Positions 27,181-42,300 of a DNA stretch of 64,000 nt are shown here, one piece after another; the stretch's first letter is position 1, and the number at the start of each line of letters is the position of its first letter. Source of the stretch: Chrysomallon squamiferum (Eukaryota > Animalia > Mollusca); NCBI GenBank assembly GCA_012295275.1, contig CM022670.1:32612001-32676000 (forward strand). The letters are read 5' to 3'. A program made the position numbers and the translations under genes. The notes below the pieces were generated by a model. The model searched no databases. It was not told where the DNA came from and was given only the letters and a program-made list of their open reading frames with translations.

Positions 27181-29313
27181 ATTTTATTTAGATTATATTT
27201 TCTGCAGACAAACTCATTATCATTTAAACATAAAAAAAAAATCCCAAAACATTTTTTCATACATCAGTTTCATATGTCACTTTAGCATATTCATTTACAT
27301 CATTATAAAGAGTGAACTGTATTTTTAAAATGATCATTAAAAATTATGTCATATTGTTTTATTCTAATGAATGAAACGTCACTGAAATCAAAGACATCTA
27401 CTTGCATTTCATCCATTTGCATTACTATACAACATACTGGCAGGTTTGAAGAACAGATGTCATAGTAGGTAAAACAACACTTGTATGACCTTGAGGCAAT
27501 GTTTTTGTAAATATTGATGGGAAGGAGAAAGAGCAGATGTACTAGGCTTGTTAACAGCATAAAGAAGACTGCATATGGATTATTACACATTTTTATACAA
27601 GGACTGTGATATGTCTGTAGGAAACATAACATGGAGGTGTATGGTACGAATAGGTTAATTGAATGTTAGGCTTATTGGAATATTCAAAGAAAAAAATTGG
27701 TGGGAAAACTACATTTAGCAAGGCTTCTGCCAAAAGTCAGTAAGTTTGTGGTCCTTTTTGTAAACTATCCCTAAATAATAATGTTTATGTTTTTGTATTA
27801 AATCTAAATAACAGTGATTATTTTTGTAAAGATTAAACCTAAATGTTAATGTTTAATTTTTAATTTTTTTTAATATCAGATCTTAATATCAATATTTATA
27901 TTTCTTATATATTAACCATAAATATTAATGTTTATATGTATTTAAAAAATATCAGGGCACATTATTTTTGTAAATCAAACAGAAATATTAGTGTGGTTTT
28001 TGAGTTTTTGTTTTTCTAAAATAACAATAAAATTGAATTATTTTTATCATAATTGTTAATATTTTAGTCTTAAATATGTAGCATTAAAATAGCATATTTG
28101 TAAAAAACTTCCATTATTATAAGTATCAAACCCTGATGATGGACAGTTGTAAAAAGACAGACATTTTTATATGATTTCATTTTAAACTGTAATTAAATTA
28201 AATCTTACCAGTAGAGATTTTTTCTTTCATTTTGCTGATTAAATATCTTTCCACTGTGATGATAAGGAGATATTCAATAAAAGAAAGAAATTTTTAAAAT
28301 ATATATAGTATCTAAATATCATTTGTCCATACTAGTTAAGAAGGTGGGGATTTTATCAAATAATGAATTAGTAAATTTTAAAATTTAAAAAAAAATTAAA
28401 CATGACTGAATTGTGTTAATATTTTGCCTCAGTGAAAGGCTTACAGATTCTAAAACTGTGTATTCCGAAGTGGTCTGGGTTTAAGTATGTGACTGTCATC
28501 TTGTGAAAGATGTTGGCCATTGCACCCAGTTCCTTCAGAGAATCTCCACATATCTCAATCAGTAATAGATTTATAATCTCAAAATTATCCCTTGATGACT
28601 TGTCTGGAGGCTTGATAACAGTTCAGAGACAAAATACCTTACTGGACTCTGGGCAGTTGTTTCAGAAGGCCAAGTATAAATTCACCTTATGATATATTGA
28701 GAATATATACATTTTATAGGATAATTATATAATATATACAGGATAATTGAACCTCAGTGGTCTGATTTAGGTTCTAAAGAGAAAATAAAATATAATCATG
28801 CAGGTGTAATTTATAATCACAACAAAAATTGAAAAAAAAAGAAAGAAAAAAATTAATCTGTTTTTGTACTATTAAAATCCTGTATTTAATCCATTAAATA
28901 CTGTCTTGGACTGCATAAGCACAGAAAACAAAACCCCTAAAGAAAGAAAAGGCCAAAAAAAAAAGAAAAGAAGAAGTGTTGAAAAGAAAATCTCCACAAA
29001 GGTAAAAGAACTCGGTATATAGAGAAAGGCATTTAATATTGATGCAAGCCTGCTGTTGAAAGGCTTTTTATTGTAACGTATTGTACCAGTAATCCTCTGC
29101 GATACCCATAGTGACGCCATTATGTTTGCGTGGTGGCTGCATTGAGGAATGAAATCTACCTCATGTTTGTGATGAATTCTCTTCATATTGGCTTTTATTA
29201 TTGTCAACGCAGCGAGTGTAACCTCGACTGAATGCTGTGTTTTCGAGTTGCCATTTTTGTGCACTTGTCAAAATTCATCCACTGAGGATGTTGGTGACAG
29301 ACTTTGTTTGGGC

Positions 29314-29363
29314 ATGGTGATCTACATGGGCTGTGCGAGGAGTTTATTTGGCTCTATGTGTCC
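29314..29363 (+). CDS. Candidate alternative first coding exon of PDE4 (MVIYMGCARSLFGSMCP)
   Basis: Lies at the end of a CpG-rich island (about 29070-29365); donor CC|gtgagt is phase 2, in frame with the next exon at 38297. Confidence 0.65.
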
Positions 29364-29583
29364 GTGAGTATTTCATGTTTACACATTTCCTCTGCTAAGC
29401 TTAATGTGATATATTAATTCTGTAACGTAATGAAATATAAGTTACGTTAGTTTTGTGTTTATATCTATTGAGAATGCTTTCACTTTGTTTTGTGGTGTTA
29501 TTTTAGAAACATGTTATTAAGAAAAGAAAAATTGTTTACTCCTTTGAGAATTTATTATGTTGATTTAATAATTGGTATATAAT

Positions 29584-29646
<63 letters not shown>

Positions 29647-29729
29647 AAAAACCTAAATATGAATACACACAAAGACATACAGACACAGACACAGAAATTC
29701 ACTGATGTTTAGATTTTTTGATAAATACC

Positions 29730-29771
<42 letters not shown>

Positions 29772-30619
29772 GTAGAAAAGAGAAGATAAAAAATATGTAT
29801 TTATATATAAAAATAAACATTTAGATGCCTTTTAATGAATTTATCACTATACTGTATGCTTTTAAGCCAGTAAATATGTTTATTATGACATGTCTTGGTA
29901 CTAAGCACACATATAAGTAATAAATAATAACCTGCGTTAATCTTTACAGTCAGCCATTTTTTAAATTATTTATGTTTTTTTGTTCATTCATTCATTCATT
30001 TTTACTTTGCATCAATACTATTATTATTTTGTTACTGATATTATTATTATTATTATTATCATTATTATTACTACTACTACAACTACTACTACTATTATTA
30101 TTATTATCACCATTATTATTTCTACTAGTACTACTATTATTATTATTATTATCATCATTATTAATACTAGTAATATTATAATTATTATTAAGATTTTTAT
30201 TTTATTACCATATTATCATTATTAATATTATAGAGATATTTCTAAATTAAGCTAGCAGGATACATCTAATCTCACTGCCAGGATATCAAATCACTAATCT
30301 GCAAATTTATTGGTTTTTCCAAACACTGTGGTTATATGATTATTACTGTGTTCATTTAAAAGGTGCGAGCGTGTAGAACTAGATTTTTTCCCAAGTTTCT
30401 TCATGTTTTCCAATTTAAGAACGATAGATTTTACATTTTTATCCCATTTGGCTGAAGCCCAAAAAAGAGTACAGCTCTAAACCTTACGTAGGTGTCAGAG
30501 ATGGGAGTGTAAGCCATTCTAAATAGGAAATCTGCATACAAGTAATGAATGAGTTGTTATATATATGAAGATAGTTTTCTTGAGCAATATTCAGTACATG
30601 AACCCATTTGTAATTAACT

Positions 30620-30970
30620 ATGTCCAAAATAGTCATGTTTTCCCACACTGTATCCAAAATGGGCAGCAATGTTTTGCCACACTGTATCCAAAATGGGCAG
30701 CCATATTTTGCCACACTGTATCCAAAATGGGCAGCCATGTTTTGCCACACTGTATCCAGAAAAGTCAGCATGAACAGATTTTTTTCATATTGTATCCAGA
30801 ATAGGGAACTATATTTATTTTTTCTCGATTTTTTATCCAAAACAGACAACCATGTTCAGATCTCCATGTACATACAAATGTGTTTATTTTTTACCTTTTT
30901 GTACAGTATCCAAAAGAGGCAACCTTATATAGTTTTATAATACAGTATCCAAAATTGGCAGCCTTATTAA
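30620..30970. repeat. 34-bp minisatellite
   Basis: Unit CACACTGTATCCAAAATGGGCAGC[C/A]AT[G/A]TTTTGC at 30644, 30678, 30712 and a partial copy at 30746; decayed copies continue to about 30970. Confidence 0.92.
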
Positions 30971-32110
30971 AACAATAATTGTGCACCATCCCAGAAACTA
31001 ATTTTTATTTTCTGTCATCAAAGACAAATGAAGAAACACTAACATTAATCTTTAGCAATTATATTATAGATTTCTTTTACTCTCCTGATTATGTATCGTT
31101 GTAATTAATAGCTGAAAGTTCTAATAACATGTTTTACTTTTATCCTATTTTTTTACTCAGATTTCTTTTAAGTGCATGCCCTGGCTTCTTAATGAAGTAT
31201 TTATCTAATCTATACCCCAAAACAGTGTTAGCAGTTTAGAATTAACAGGAGGAAATCTTCTTCTCTTCTTCCACCTTTACTGTTATTGTTACTATTATTA
31301 TTATTATTATTTTAATTTTTGGTATTGAATATCTTCAGAGTTCTTGGTGGAATGGGAAAATGTATGATAATCCTTTGATAGGCACTGATCCTTTGACCAG
31401 AAAATGCTCTTACATTTAATAATTGTACTTGGACTAAATCGTCAAGCTTCATTGGCTAGTTCATTTCTTCTTTTGATTATACAACAAAACTTACAAACTA
31501 ACTAAATTGTGAAAGTAAATTTGAGCTGTGTATATGTGTGTATGTATTGGCATTTCATTTCCAATAAATCAATACAGCTTAGGTGAAATTTCTTTCTGCA
31601 TTTTGAATCGTTTCCATATTCAGATCATCAACGCTTCAGCTGAAAATGTGGTTTAATATTTTGAATAATTTCTATATATGAATAAATCAGTGTGGAATTT
31701 TGCAAACTGTTTCTCATTATACCAGTATTCTAATGTGTACAGCTGAGGTGGTGAACTATATATAGTTTACTATTTCAAGATCAGTCTATATTCAAATGAG
31801 TACATGTTAAGTGTGGAAGACAAAATCAGGTTTATCTATTGCTCTATTCATGTCAGTGTGCAACTAAGGCAATATATTTACAATGAGTGTGAATATTCAC
31901 TCTTATATACTTTCATTCACATTCAGTCAGATACACTAGTAAAACATACATATATTAACTTACAAACAAAACTTAAATTCCACATGTGTATGTATACATA
32001 CCTCATAGATAGACAAAGGATAAAATATCACATGTATATGAGTATATATTTCTAAATAAATATATATCTATTTATCTATCTATTTACATATACACACACA
32101 CACACACACA

Positions 32111-32112
<2 letters not shown>

Positions 32113-32192
<80 letters not shown>
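32113..32192. repeat. (CT)40 microsatellite within a compound CA/CT/TA array
   Basis: Read directly from the sequence. Confidence 0.98.
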
Positions 32193-32206
<14 letters not shown>

Positions 32207-32996
32207 GTATGTATACATGTATATATGGGTATGTATGTATACATGTATATATGGGTATGTATGTATATGCACATAAAATCTAAAAACTTTTGTGTGTTGT
32301 TTGGTCAGAAGCAAGACAAAAGTCTTCAGATTTTATGTCTAAGTCTGTGTTTGCGCATACACTGCATACAAATTTTCATATATTTTCTTATCAAAATATG
32401 TACGTATAACCAACCTGGCCTTCTGCAGTGTCATTGCTGGAAGGGTGTCTGCTTGGAGTTAATGACTGCTCATGAATTTAGTGTTTATCATGGTGAAAAG
32501 AGCAGTAATGGCAGACTCTAACAATCTATATTACATGTAGCAGTGTGTGCCAGGCAGTGAAGCAGTAAATGTTGATAGATGGTCATTCATAGATTATTCA
32601 AATCTCAGCTGTTTTTCTTCTTTGTTCAAGTCTATTTTTGTTTTGTTCCAAACATCTATGATGGATTTGTACATTTATGTAGGGTTTTTTAATCTGTTTA
32701 ATTCACCTTTATTTTTTTTTGTAATCAATTTTTTGACAGTAAAAAGATTTTAAAAATCTATTACATGTAATTGCTTTGTATGTGGTTTCAGATGTATTCA
32801 TAAATATATATTATTAAAGATATACTTTTTCATTATTATTTACCTATTTGTTAATTCATTTATTAATAATTTTAAGGTTTTTATTATCATTATCATTCTG
32901 TTGGTTATTATTATCATCATCATTTAATTTTTATTATCTTTATTAATATTGTCATTATTATTACTATTGTTATTCTTATATATATATATATATATA

Positions 32997-33039
<43 letters not shown>

Positions 33040-33719
33040 CTATTTATTATTATAACATTATTATTATTATTATTATTACTATCATTCTCTTTATTATTAT
33101 AACATTATTATTATTACTATTATTACTATCATTCTATTTATTATTATAACATTATTATTATTATGTATTATTATTAATATTACTGAAACTTAACCTGAGA
33201 CACAAAAAGGTTTTGTTTTCTCTGTGCTGGGTGTGAGATATGGTTAGATTAGTGTCAGCTCAATTTTTTTCATTCCTGGTTTTGTTGTTTTTTTTTCCTT
33301 TGAGATTTCATATATGCATTGTGATCACAAACATCAGTGTACATTTGATCAATATTTCCATAGCGACATAGTTATATTAATCAGTTCGATACTATATGCC
33401 AATTTTCATTTTTCAATACCTCACCGTGTGGTAATTATAATGTCTCAGGCATTTTAGCATATGCATGAACCGTTAATGTTGTCTCAGAGAAAGAATGTTA
33501 CCAAGTGTTGCATTGTCTACATGTTAATATCTCTCATAAGCAGCATATGTGTTTTCTGGTCAAGCCTTTTGCAAAATATGATAAAGAATATAAAAATAAA
33601 ATATTAATCATATGATTAGGAATTATTACAATTTTTATTTTTATTACTGCTTACAAACTGATTTTTGTTTTCTAGAATTATTTACTTATTTATTTATATT
33701 GTATTTATTATTATTATTA

Positions 33720-33754
<35 letters not shown>

Positions 33755-33884
33755 ATTATTATTATTATTATTTAGTTGTTTTGGAGATGTACAAATTATT
33801 ACTATATTTATATCAATATTTTTCTTATTCTTATTCTTATTACTACTACTTTTAATATTATTTTAATAATATATTATTATTATA

Positions 33885-33929
<45 letters not shown>

Positions 33930-35997
33930 TAAATATCATGTAATTAAACTATGTACAGGGTTGATACTGTGACAAACATTAGTGCTCTTTTAAAGATAAG
34001 CAGCTTTTATATTTGTGTGTATGTATATGTATGTATGTATGTATGTCTATATGTATTTGTCTAACCATCCATCTGTCACAGATTTCACCATTATTATTCT
34101 GTTACATCAACTATGATTATTATTATTATTAATATTTTTGCTATCGTTACAATAATAAACATTAGTTTATTACAGTTACTATGTATAAAAATGTGTACAT
34201 GTCTAACCATCCATCCATCCATTCATCCATCTGTCACTGACATCATTCCATTGTCTGCACTCAGGACAGAGCTGTTACCACAAGTAAACAGAATTTGGCA
34301 TGTAGATGCATAGTAATGAAACTGCAGTGATGTATGTATGACATCTGGAAACCTGATTGTGCCCTCATGGTCAATAGGATTATAATTATATTTGTATTAC
34401 TGAAATCTATTCATGTACAGTTGTAACATTAGCAGGATTATGTACTCAAAGTTGAAAGATTTTTGAAATTTTGTTTTGTTTATCAGTAGAACTAGAGCAG
34501 TTTGTGGTCACTGGCTTGTGAAAGTCAACCACTTGGTATTCTCAGCTAGTGATTCTTTATATGGTTATCAATAGACAGGACAACACATACCTTGGTCTTA
34601 TAAATCAAGGTATTGGCTGAGATGGGAAATCATTTTGTAATCTAAAGAGATATCAATACTGGTATACATGTACTGGTATCTTACATAGATTAATGACATA
34701 CTTGTATGTATACATGCACCATATGCATGGGCAGAACATGCATATATTGATATACTTACATATATATCCATTTACACATCTGTTGATCATATGTGCATAC
34801 TAAACTAGGATCAAATCCATGCATATAAATATATATGCACCACACACAGACACAGAGAAAGTAACAAAGAGAGATAAATACATAGAAACACAGACACATA
34901 TAAGTACCAGGTTTTTTTTTTTATAAGATTTTACCAAATTATGAATAGAATCAGAGACACAGACATAGGAAATTGTTTATCAAACAATACACACAGACAG
35001 TCAGACAGACAGACACAGTTTTTTAAAGCAGGGATTACCTAGCTGTTCTGTTCTGTGTACTTCAGTCACTGGCAGATTTGTTTTTTAGTCTCATTACAAA
35101 ACATTTAAATTCTTTTCCCATTACTGCTTTTCACTCAGTATACAAATGCCTACATGATCAGAGTGTGTCTGTCACTACTGAATAACTCTTTTTATTAGAC
35201 TTTCTATTTCTGTCGTTTAAACCTTTACACACAAAGTGAGACCTGCTGTTTTCATTCTTACCCAGAAAAAAGTTTGAGTGGGTTTCTCTGTTCTCCCACA
35301 TATCTATCATGAATCAAAATCTAAAAGTTCATTTTAATTCTTTTATTTTCAATTTTTATATTTAGCTTTATAATTTGTAATTTTTAAACTTTTATTATGC
35401 ATTTACTCATTTAATTGATTAGTTGTTTTGACTGTTTTATTTTATTTTATTTATATATTTATTTATTAGCAATATTTGTATTAATATTATATTTTTATTA
35501 TTGCTTTTATTTGTTATTATTATTTTATTATATTTTTTATTTATATATTTGTGTACATATATGTGTGTATGTATATGTATGCATATATACATAGGTGTGT
35601 GTACAACTGTTATAACCTCTTCTTTAATAAATATACAGTAATTCAAACTGTACAAAAAAAGATAAACCAGAAGGTTCTGATCAATACATTTTTTTTTAGC
35701 ATCACATACATCTGTCATTTTATTACACAAACACATTTTTTGTTTTTCAAGGATATCATTACATTCCAGATGAAAAAGAGAATAGTCAAGAGAAACTAAT
35801 ATTTAGGTCAAAACTGGTAACAGCTTGGTAACTAAAACAAGACTGTAAGGTTTACTCTAAACGTATACTGATAGTTCAGGTAAAGAATGCATTACTAGTG
35901 TGAAAATATATATTTTTTTTTTTATAGTTATATGTTAGATATGATGTCAGTACATTGGTTGATACCATCTTGAAAAATGATAAATAATATGGTTTGT

Positions 35998-36112
<115 letters not shown>

Positions 36113-38296
36113 ATTCAGACAGATAGTTTTATGTAAAATCTTGTGATCAAACCAGTTTGATAAATCCTATTATAATAAAATGATTTTTAAAGATTTAGAT
36201 CAAACACACAGTGTTACTGAACTGTCTTTACAACAAACACAGTATTTTTCTACAGGACAAACTGCTTGTAAAAAGCTTCAGGCTATGCACAGTAATCCTT
36301 CCTGATTCATTTAACTCACTGATTAGTTATAAACCCTGTTTTTACATCACTAACTTTGTCCATCATGAATCTGATCAGTTCACAAGCACCTCCAGCAAGA
36401 ACATTCTGAATTAATGCATAAAATGGACATTCGTTTGTTGTTTGTCACATAGAATACCGATGATTAATGGCTTCGGCATGTCTTTTGGCAATGAAACCAG
36501 AATCCCCGATGACCTCAGATGAGGAAAACCGTACATGGCCATGCATTAATATTCTGTTTTCATAACCTAGTAGATGGGAACCAAGACAACATCTGTTTCT
36601 TGTAGGAATATTCATCAGGCAATGCTAATGAGTAAAAGCAATATCAAATTGTTATTTGAAATAACAGTCGACTGAGGTGACAGATTTTTCTAATATTATC
36701 AGGTGAAGGTGAAATATGTGTATTTTAATAGGTATAATATTGTTTTGACATCTGTCACATGACAGTGTCATAGAGAAATCAGTAAGACATCAAGAAAATT
36801 AAAATAAGTAAAAACTTATAGAACAATGGTTATTCTGGGATGCATGAAGGATATTGTTAATTATTCTGGGATGTCTTTTTCTTTTAATAAAATTATTACT
36901 AATCTTATTGAAATCTTTATTCTAAACATTATCATTAGATGAATTATCATTTAAAAATAAAGACATTAATTATCACTGATATTTCTGTTTTTATTATTAT
37001 TACTGATATTTTTACTAAAACTTTTACACACCTGGGAATACTTTTTAAAAAATCAAACATTTATTGTTATCAACATCAGCATTACTATCATCATCTTTAT
37101 CATCATTATCATCAAGAACTTCACTGCCATTATTTTTAAATCTAGTTCCTAACATTTTATTATCAGAGACTTTTCTTAAAATGTTTTTCTTTTGTCCTTC
37201 TTCTTCATCTGACAGCCTGTGAACTTAGTCGAGGAGAAACAAGGAGTTCACTGACTCCTCTGTAATAAAGTGACATTCCCTTTTTATGAGTGTCTGTCGT
37301 AATCTTTCTCAATCAGTATAAAAGTTGCTTTAAATTGCAGGCTTGTAAGAATTAATGGGCTGCTTGCAATGCATCTCATGGTAAAGATAGAATGTACAAT
37401 TGGAAAAAAGTTAAAATGGCAGCCACTGCATTAGCAGTAACTGCCTGAGTACAAATAGGCTACACATCTTTACTGTTGTTGTTACTGATTTTGTTGCAGT
37501 CGTTGTTGTTGAAGTTATTATTTCTTTTATTATTATTATTATTATTGTTGTTGTTGCTGTTGTTGTTAAATAAATTACATTTATTATTATCATTAATATT
37601 TTTTTTTTTTTTTTTTTTTTACTCCTTAGTCTTTTCTGTTTTGGCATGTATTGACAATATCTCATGTCAAACCTTTTTTTTTTTTTTTACAAATTATTAC
37701 TGATACTATTATTATTATTATAATTATTTTAATTACTGTAACTGTTGTTGTTGTTGTTGTTATTATTTGTTGTTGTTGTTAAATGTAATAATACTCTATG
37801 TATATTTTATCATTTAATAAATAATTAAAATGATGATATCACAGTCATATTTTAATTAAGAAATAAAAAACCAGTTTTAAATACTGACATTAATCCATGA
37901 TCCCATACAGACAACAATGATGATGATGATGATGATGTTGATAAAGTCCTATTTCTTTCAGTGAAAAACTAACACAGCTCATATACAAGGTATGAATGTC
38001 TGTTAAATGATTATTTTGCAGCCCCACCAATGAAAATGATCCAATGACAAGACCAAGGTAAATTGATACTGGTTTTCTTTCAAACTAAAGTTGCTAGATT
38101 TATTTTTTATTTTTTTTTATCTAGTTATTTTGGTTTTTAAACTAACCACTGTTTTTACTGTTAGATTTGTTAATTTCATTCTGTGGTTATTTTTGAAAGA
38201 CCAAAAGACTTATATTAAGAAATATAAAATGTGATATTTAATTGTTTTCTCATTTTCTCTTTCTTTCTTTTTTTTGTTTCTCGTTTTTGTTTTTAG

Positions 38297-38418
38297 AGGC
38301 AAACAGGGAAATGCTTCTGGTACGCTTAGCCATGGCCTTTTACCACCACAAGCTCAGTCACCTCAGAGGAATAACATGCAGAATCAGTCACCTAATTCTG
38401 GAGAACCCAAAGTGGCTG
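38297..38418 (+). CDS. PDE4: PDE4 LR1 linker exon (GKQGNASGTLSHGLLPPQAQSPQRNNMQNQSPNSGEPKVA)
   Basis: Long pyrimidine tract ending ttttag|A; donor G|gtaagt. 122 nt, phase 2 to phase 1, and bridges the UCR1 and UCR2 exons in frame with no stop. Confidence 0.88.
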
Positions 38419-38513
38419 GTAAGTTTGACACGTTTGTGTATCTTTATTAAACAACTTGTAGATATCTTTATTTCCATTCTTAAACATTAAATAAAGCCAA
38501 AATTAAATCTCTG

Positions 38514-38544
<31 letters not shown>

Positions 38545-39012
38545 CCTTGTACATGAAACTTCTAAAAACTGGATTTTATTTCTGGTGTCCTGATACTGTT
38601 TGGTTTTGAAAAGTTTCAGTGTAAAGTTAAAACAGTTTAAAAGTACTTGGATGTCAAGTACATTTTCAGTCAAGTTGTGTGTCTGTCTGATATCAAGAGA
38701 TTGCATCACAAGATGTGTTATGAGGTCTCAAACACTGTTCCTACGTCAGTGTTTCACTAACTAAAAGTACACAGATAAATCCTCGTTGATATCTCATCAA
38801 TAAACAAGGCTGCTGATAACCTTCAGCCTCCCATACAGGTGAATAACTTTAGTACAGGTACTTTTAAGAAATACTGTAAATCATCTAATAATTAAAAGTG
38901 TGTAATGGACGGTTGTATGAGATCAGAGAGTTGGTTAACAGTCATACAAGAGAAAGGATGCTCGCTTCTGTTAGTATGCTTTTTATATTGTCAGTTTACT
39001 TACTGTACACAG

Positions 39013-39049
<37 letters not shown>

Positions 39050-39154
39050 TCAGGTCATGTATTTATGTCTCTGTGGATATAACTTTATTTGTACCTTGTT
39101 TATTAACTTTGAATTAGATTCTTTATTGGAATTCTGTCTTCAGTCTGAATTTTA

Positions 39155-39370
39155 GAATATTTCCCAATCCAGCCAGCTTCATGACTAGCTTATCAAATGT
39201 CATCCTATTAGTTGCTCTGTATATGAGAAGGTGCATTTTGAAGAATTATTAATACTAACTGACAATAGTAATTCTTGGAACAATTGCAGTGGGATGTCTG
39301 TATCATTATACAAGAAAACATATGAGTAACATTAACCACTGTGTTAAGATGTACTCAAGTATATTAAACT
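39155..39370 (+). mobile_element. Decayed SINE, same family
   Basis: ATTTCCCAATCCAGCCAG..CATGACTAGCTTATCAAA...TGTATATGAGAAGGTGCAT core. Confidence 0.55.
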
Positions 39371-42300
39371 CTTTTAGTTCTTCTGTTTTATTTATAATAG
39401 AATTATGTGACCTGTTTGACATCAAAATCTGTGTACTTTTAGTTTAATCTTTGCCTAATCAGTTAGAACAAAACCTTCACACATATTCAGATAGACACAA
39501 GTTGTATGAGGTGATATGATTAGAAGATAAATGTCTAGAACCCTTGTACTTACATTATTTCTTCATTTCTAAAATGAAATCCAAGGTGTCATTAAACAGA
39601 CCAGTACACTTGTACTTCTGTCTTTCTTACAAATGAGAAATTACATCAATACATCAAGAAAGTGACAAAGACTATGTTGATATTTAAACAAAGTAAAATA
39701 CAGAAAATTTAATGTCTTAACCCTCTGTTGTATTTTTTTTACAACTAAGCATAAATTTATAAAACACAAGTTCACATTGCTTTGATCTTCCGTATTGAAC
39801 CATATGAAACTTGAGCATCGTTCATTCATTAAAATGTTGTAAATATGAATGATTTAGTTGTTTTTCTGATATGAATTCTACACCATAGAAATTTCTGCAT
39901 ATAATAACCATGACTGTCATACTTGCTTATATATAATGGAACTGGATATTTATAGCTTCCTTTTTTCTTTTGTTTTCATTATTTTCATTTATGTGATCTG
40001 TAGTTTTCATCATTATAGGAGGAAAAAAAGAACAGAATAAGCTCTATGGGTATAGTACTCCAGCAGATTTATTTGTATATTTTGTAATGGTCCTGATTAC
40101 AAGGCATTACATGAAGAAAGGCCATAATAACCCCTCTGAATATTATATATATATATATATAATACTCTGGAATATTAATGATAAAGTAAATCTGTCGGTG
40201 ATGACGTGTTACAATTAAAAATGTAATATCTTATTGATGAAGAAAAGCTTATCTACCTGTACTAACACAGGTATCTAGTTATATATAGCATCTTGTAAAC
40301 GCACTGTCGTCATCACTGTTCTCTACGTAAGCAAATGATGCTGCCCAGGAGACTTTGACACCAGCGCTGACGTAGTTTGTTGATAGTGTTAACTTAATTA
40401 TACAGATAGTTCCTATCTGTCATACACTCTTGTGGGTAGATGTACTTTTAAAATGTTTGAATGTCATCATGTGGATGGTTTGTCACTTTGTTGATAAAGA
40501 ATTGACACATCTGTGCACTGACATGTTAAGCAGACTGATGTATGTGTTTTAGTAACACAGAGAAAAAACGAGAAACAGAAACAGAAAGAAAAAGAGAAAT
40601 AGAGAGTTAAGAACATAAATATTTATGTTGTGTGTTTACAACTTTATATGTAATGGTGTGGGGAAAAAGAATAAATGATAGATATACTTAATGTGAATGT
40701 GTTTGTGTATACATGTGCAAGAGAATGTGAGAGTGTGTTTGTGTACACACATATGTGAAGTTGAGGTAAATATGTTTGTACATCTGTGAGTATAAGTGAT
40801 TACTCTGTTTATATTTTTGTATGTCTGTAAATACGTATTTTAGAGAGAACAGAGTAGTAGGTATATTTGTGTTTGTGTATATGTCTGTTTGTGTGTATTT
40901 TTGTGAGATTAAAACTTGAATGTTGGATGTATTACTGTCAGTGTATGTGTGTGTGTGCATCCTTATACCTCTATAGAGAAGGAGGAAACTAGAGTGATGA
41001 ATGTGTTTGTTGTATGTGTGACTACATGTGTGAGACAAAAATACATATGAGCATTTGTGTTAGTGTACATTTCCCTGAATCTGTGTATGTATGTGTATGT
41101 GCATTTGTGTGAATTTGTGAATATGTTTGTCTGTGTGTGTGTCTGAGAGAGAGCAGGTGAGAGAGGTATTTTTACGTACTGTTTATGGGAATGATAGAGC
41201 ATGATATAACTCTACATGTTAGGGTATTCATGACTGCAAGTAACTCAGTATGTATGTGGTATGTATTTATATGATTTTTCTGTATGTCTGTATGTAAGTA
41301 TATGGCTGGATGACAAGGAAGACAAAAGGTAATGAATTAATAAAAGCTGAATAATTATATAAATTTTATCAATTGACTATAGAATGAGAATGTTTGACAA
41401 AACACCATTTCCATTGCCAAGTGAAATATGACAGACACATATGTTCTTGTCAGCCTAATAATATTTTTAAAAATAACAACATTTTTAAATATTACTTCAG
41501 AAAACTGAATTGTTATTATCCTCACTGCACTCATTTAGAATTTATATATATATATATATATTATTATTATTATTATTATTTATTATTATTATGTATTGAA
41601 TAAAATTAATATGGCAGTTTTTATTTTTTCAAACAGGCCCAAAATTTATATGTTTATGTTGATCTGTTGCCAGATAAAATTATTTCAGTCTATATAATAA
41701 ATATTTTGCAAATAAAAAATAAAAGGAGAATTTACAATGACAAGAAGAAGAACAATAATAATACCAGCAACATCAACAACAATATTTATAATAATGACAA
41801 TGATAATGATGATGATAAAAATAATAATAAAAACACTAGCAATTGAAATAACAGTAATGATAAAAATGATGATGATGATGATGATAATAATAATGGCATT
41901 AATAATAATCAAAATAATAATGTTAATGATAATCCCAGATTGAAGATAATTACAATAATAACAATAATGATAGTAATAACTAGAACAATCACAATAATAA
42001 ATGAACAAATTAGTTTAAAATATTAACTTCTATAACTATAGTTCAACTGCCTTAATTCACAACCATTTTTTACAACCTGTATTATTGTTTTCATTGATTG
42101 TAAAGTCAGAATCAGTTGTTTTTATCAGAAGAACTGTTTGGCATTATGGAAAAATTATTGTTGTGACAGACATGTTATATTACATTAGATCAGAAACCTA
42201 CACAGTTATTGATTAATCTAAATATCCTAGAACAAGGAAGAAGATATCACCCACACATAGGTTTTTAAATTAACCCCAAATTCTGAAAGACATCATGTCT

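Noticed and set aside
30620-30800. CRISPR-like array or repeat-protein ORFs (30484-30940)
   Set aside because: Units are head-to-tail with no unique spacers, there are no cas genes, and the context is a eukaryotic intron; the ORFs are by-products of the repeat.
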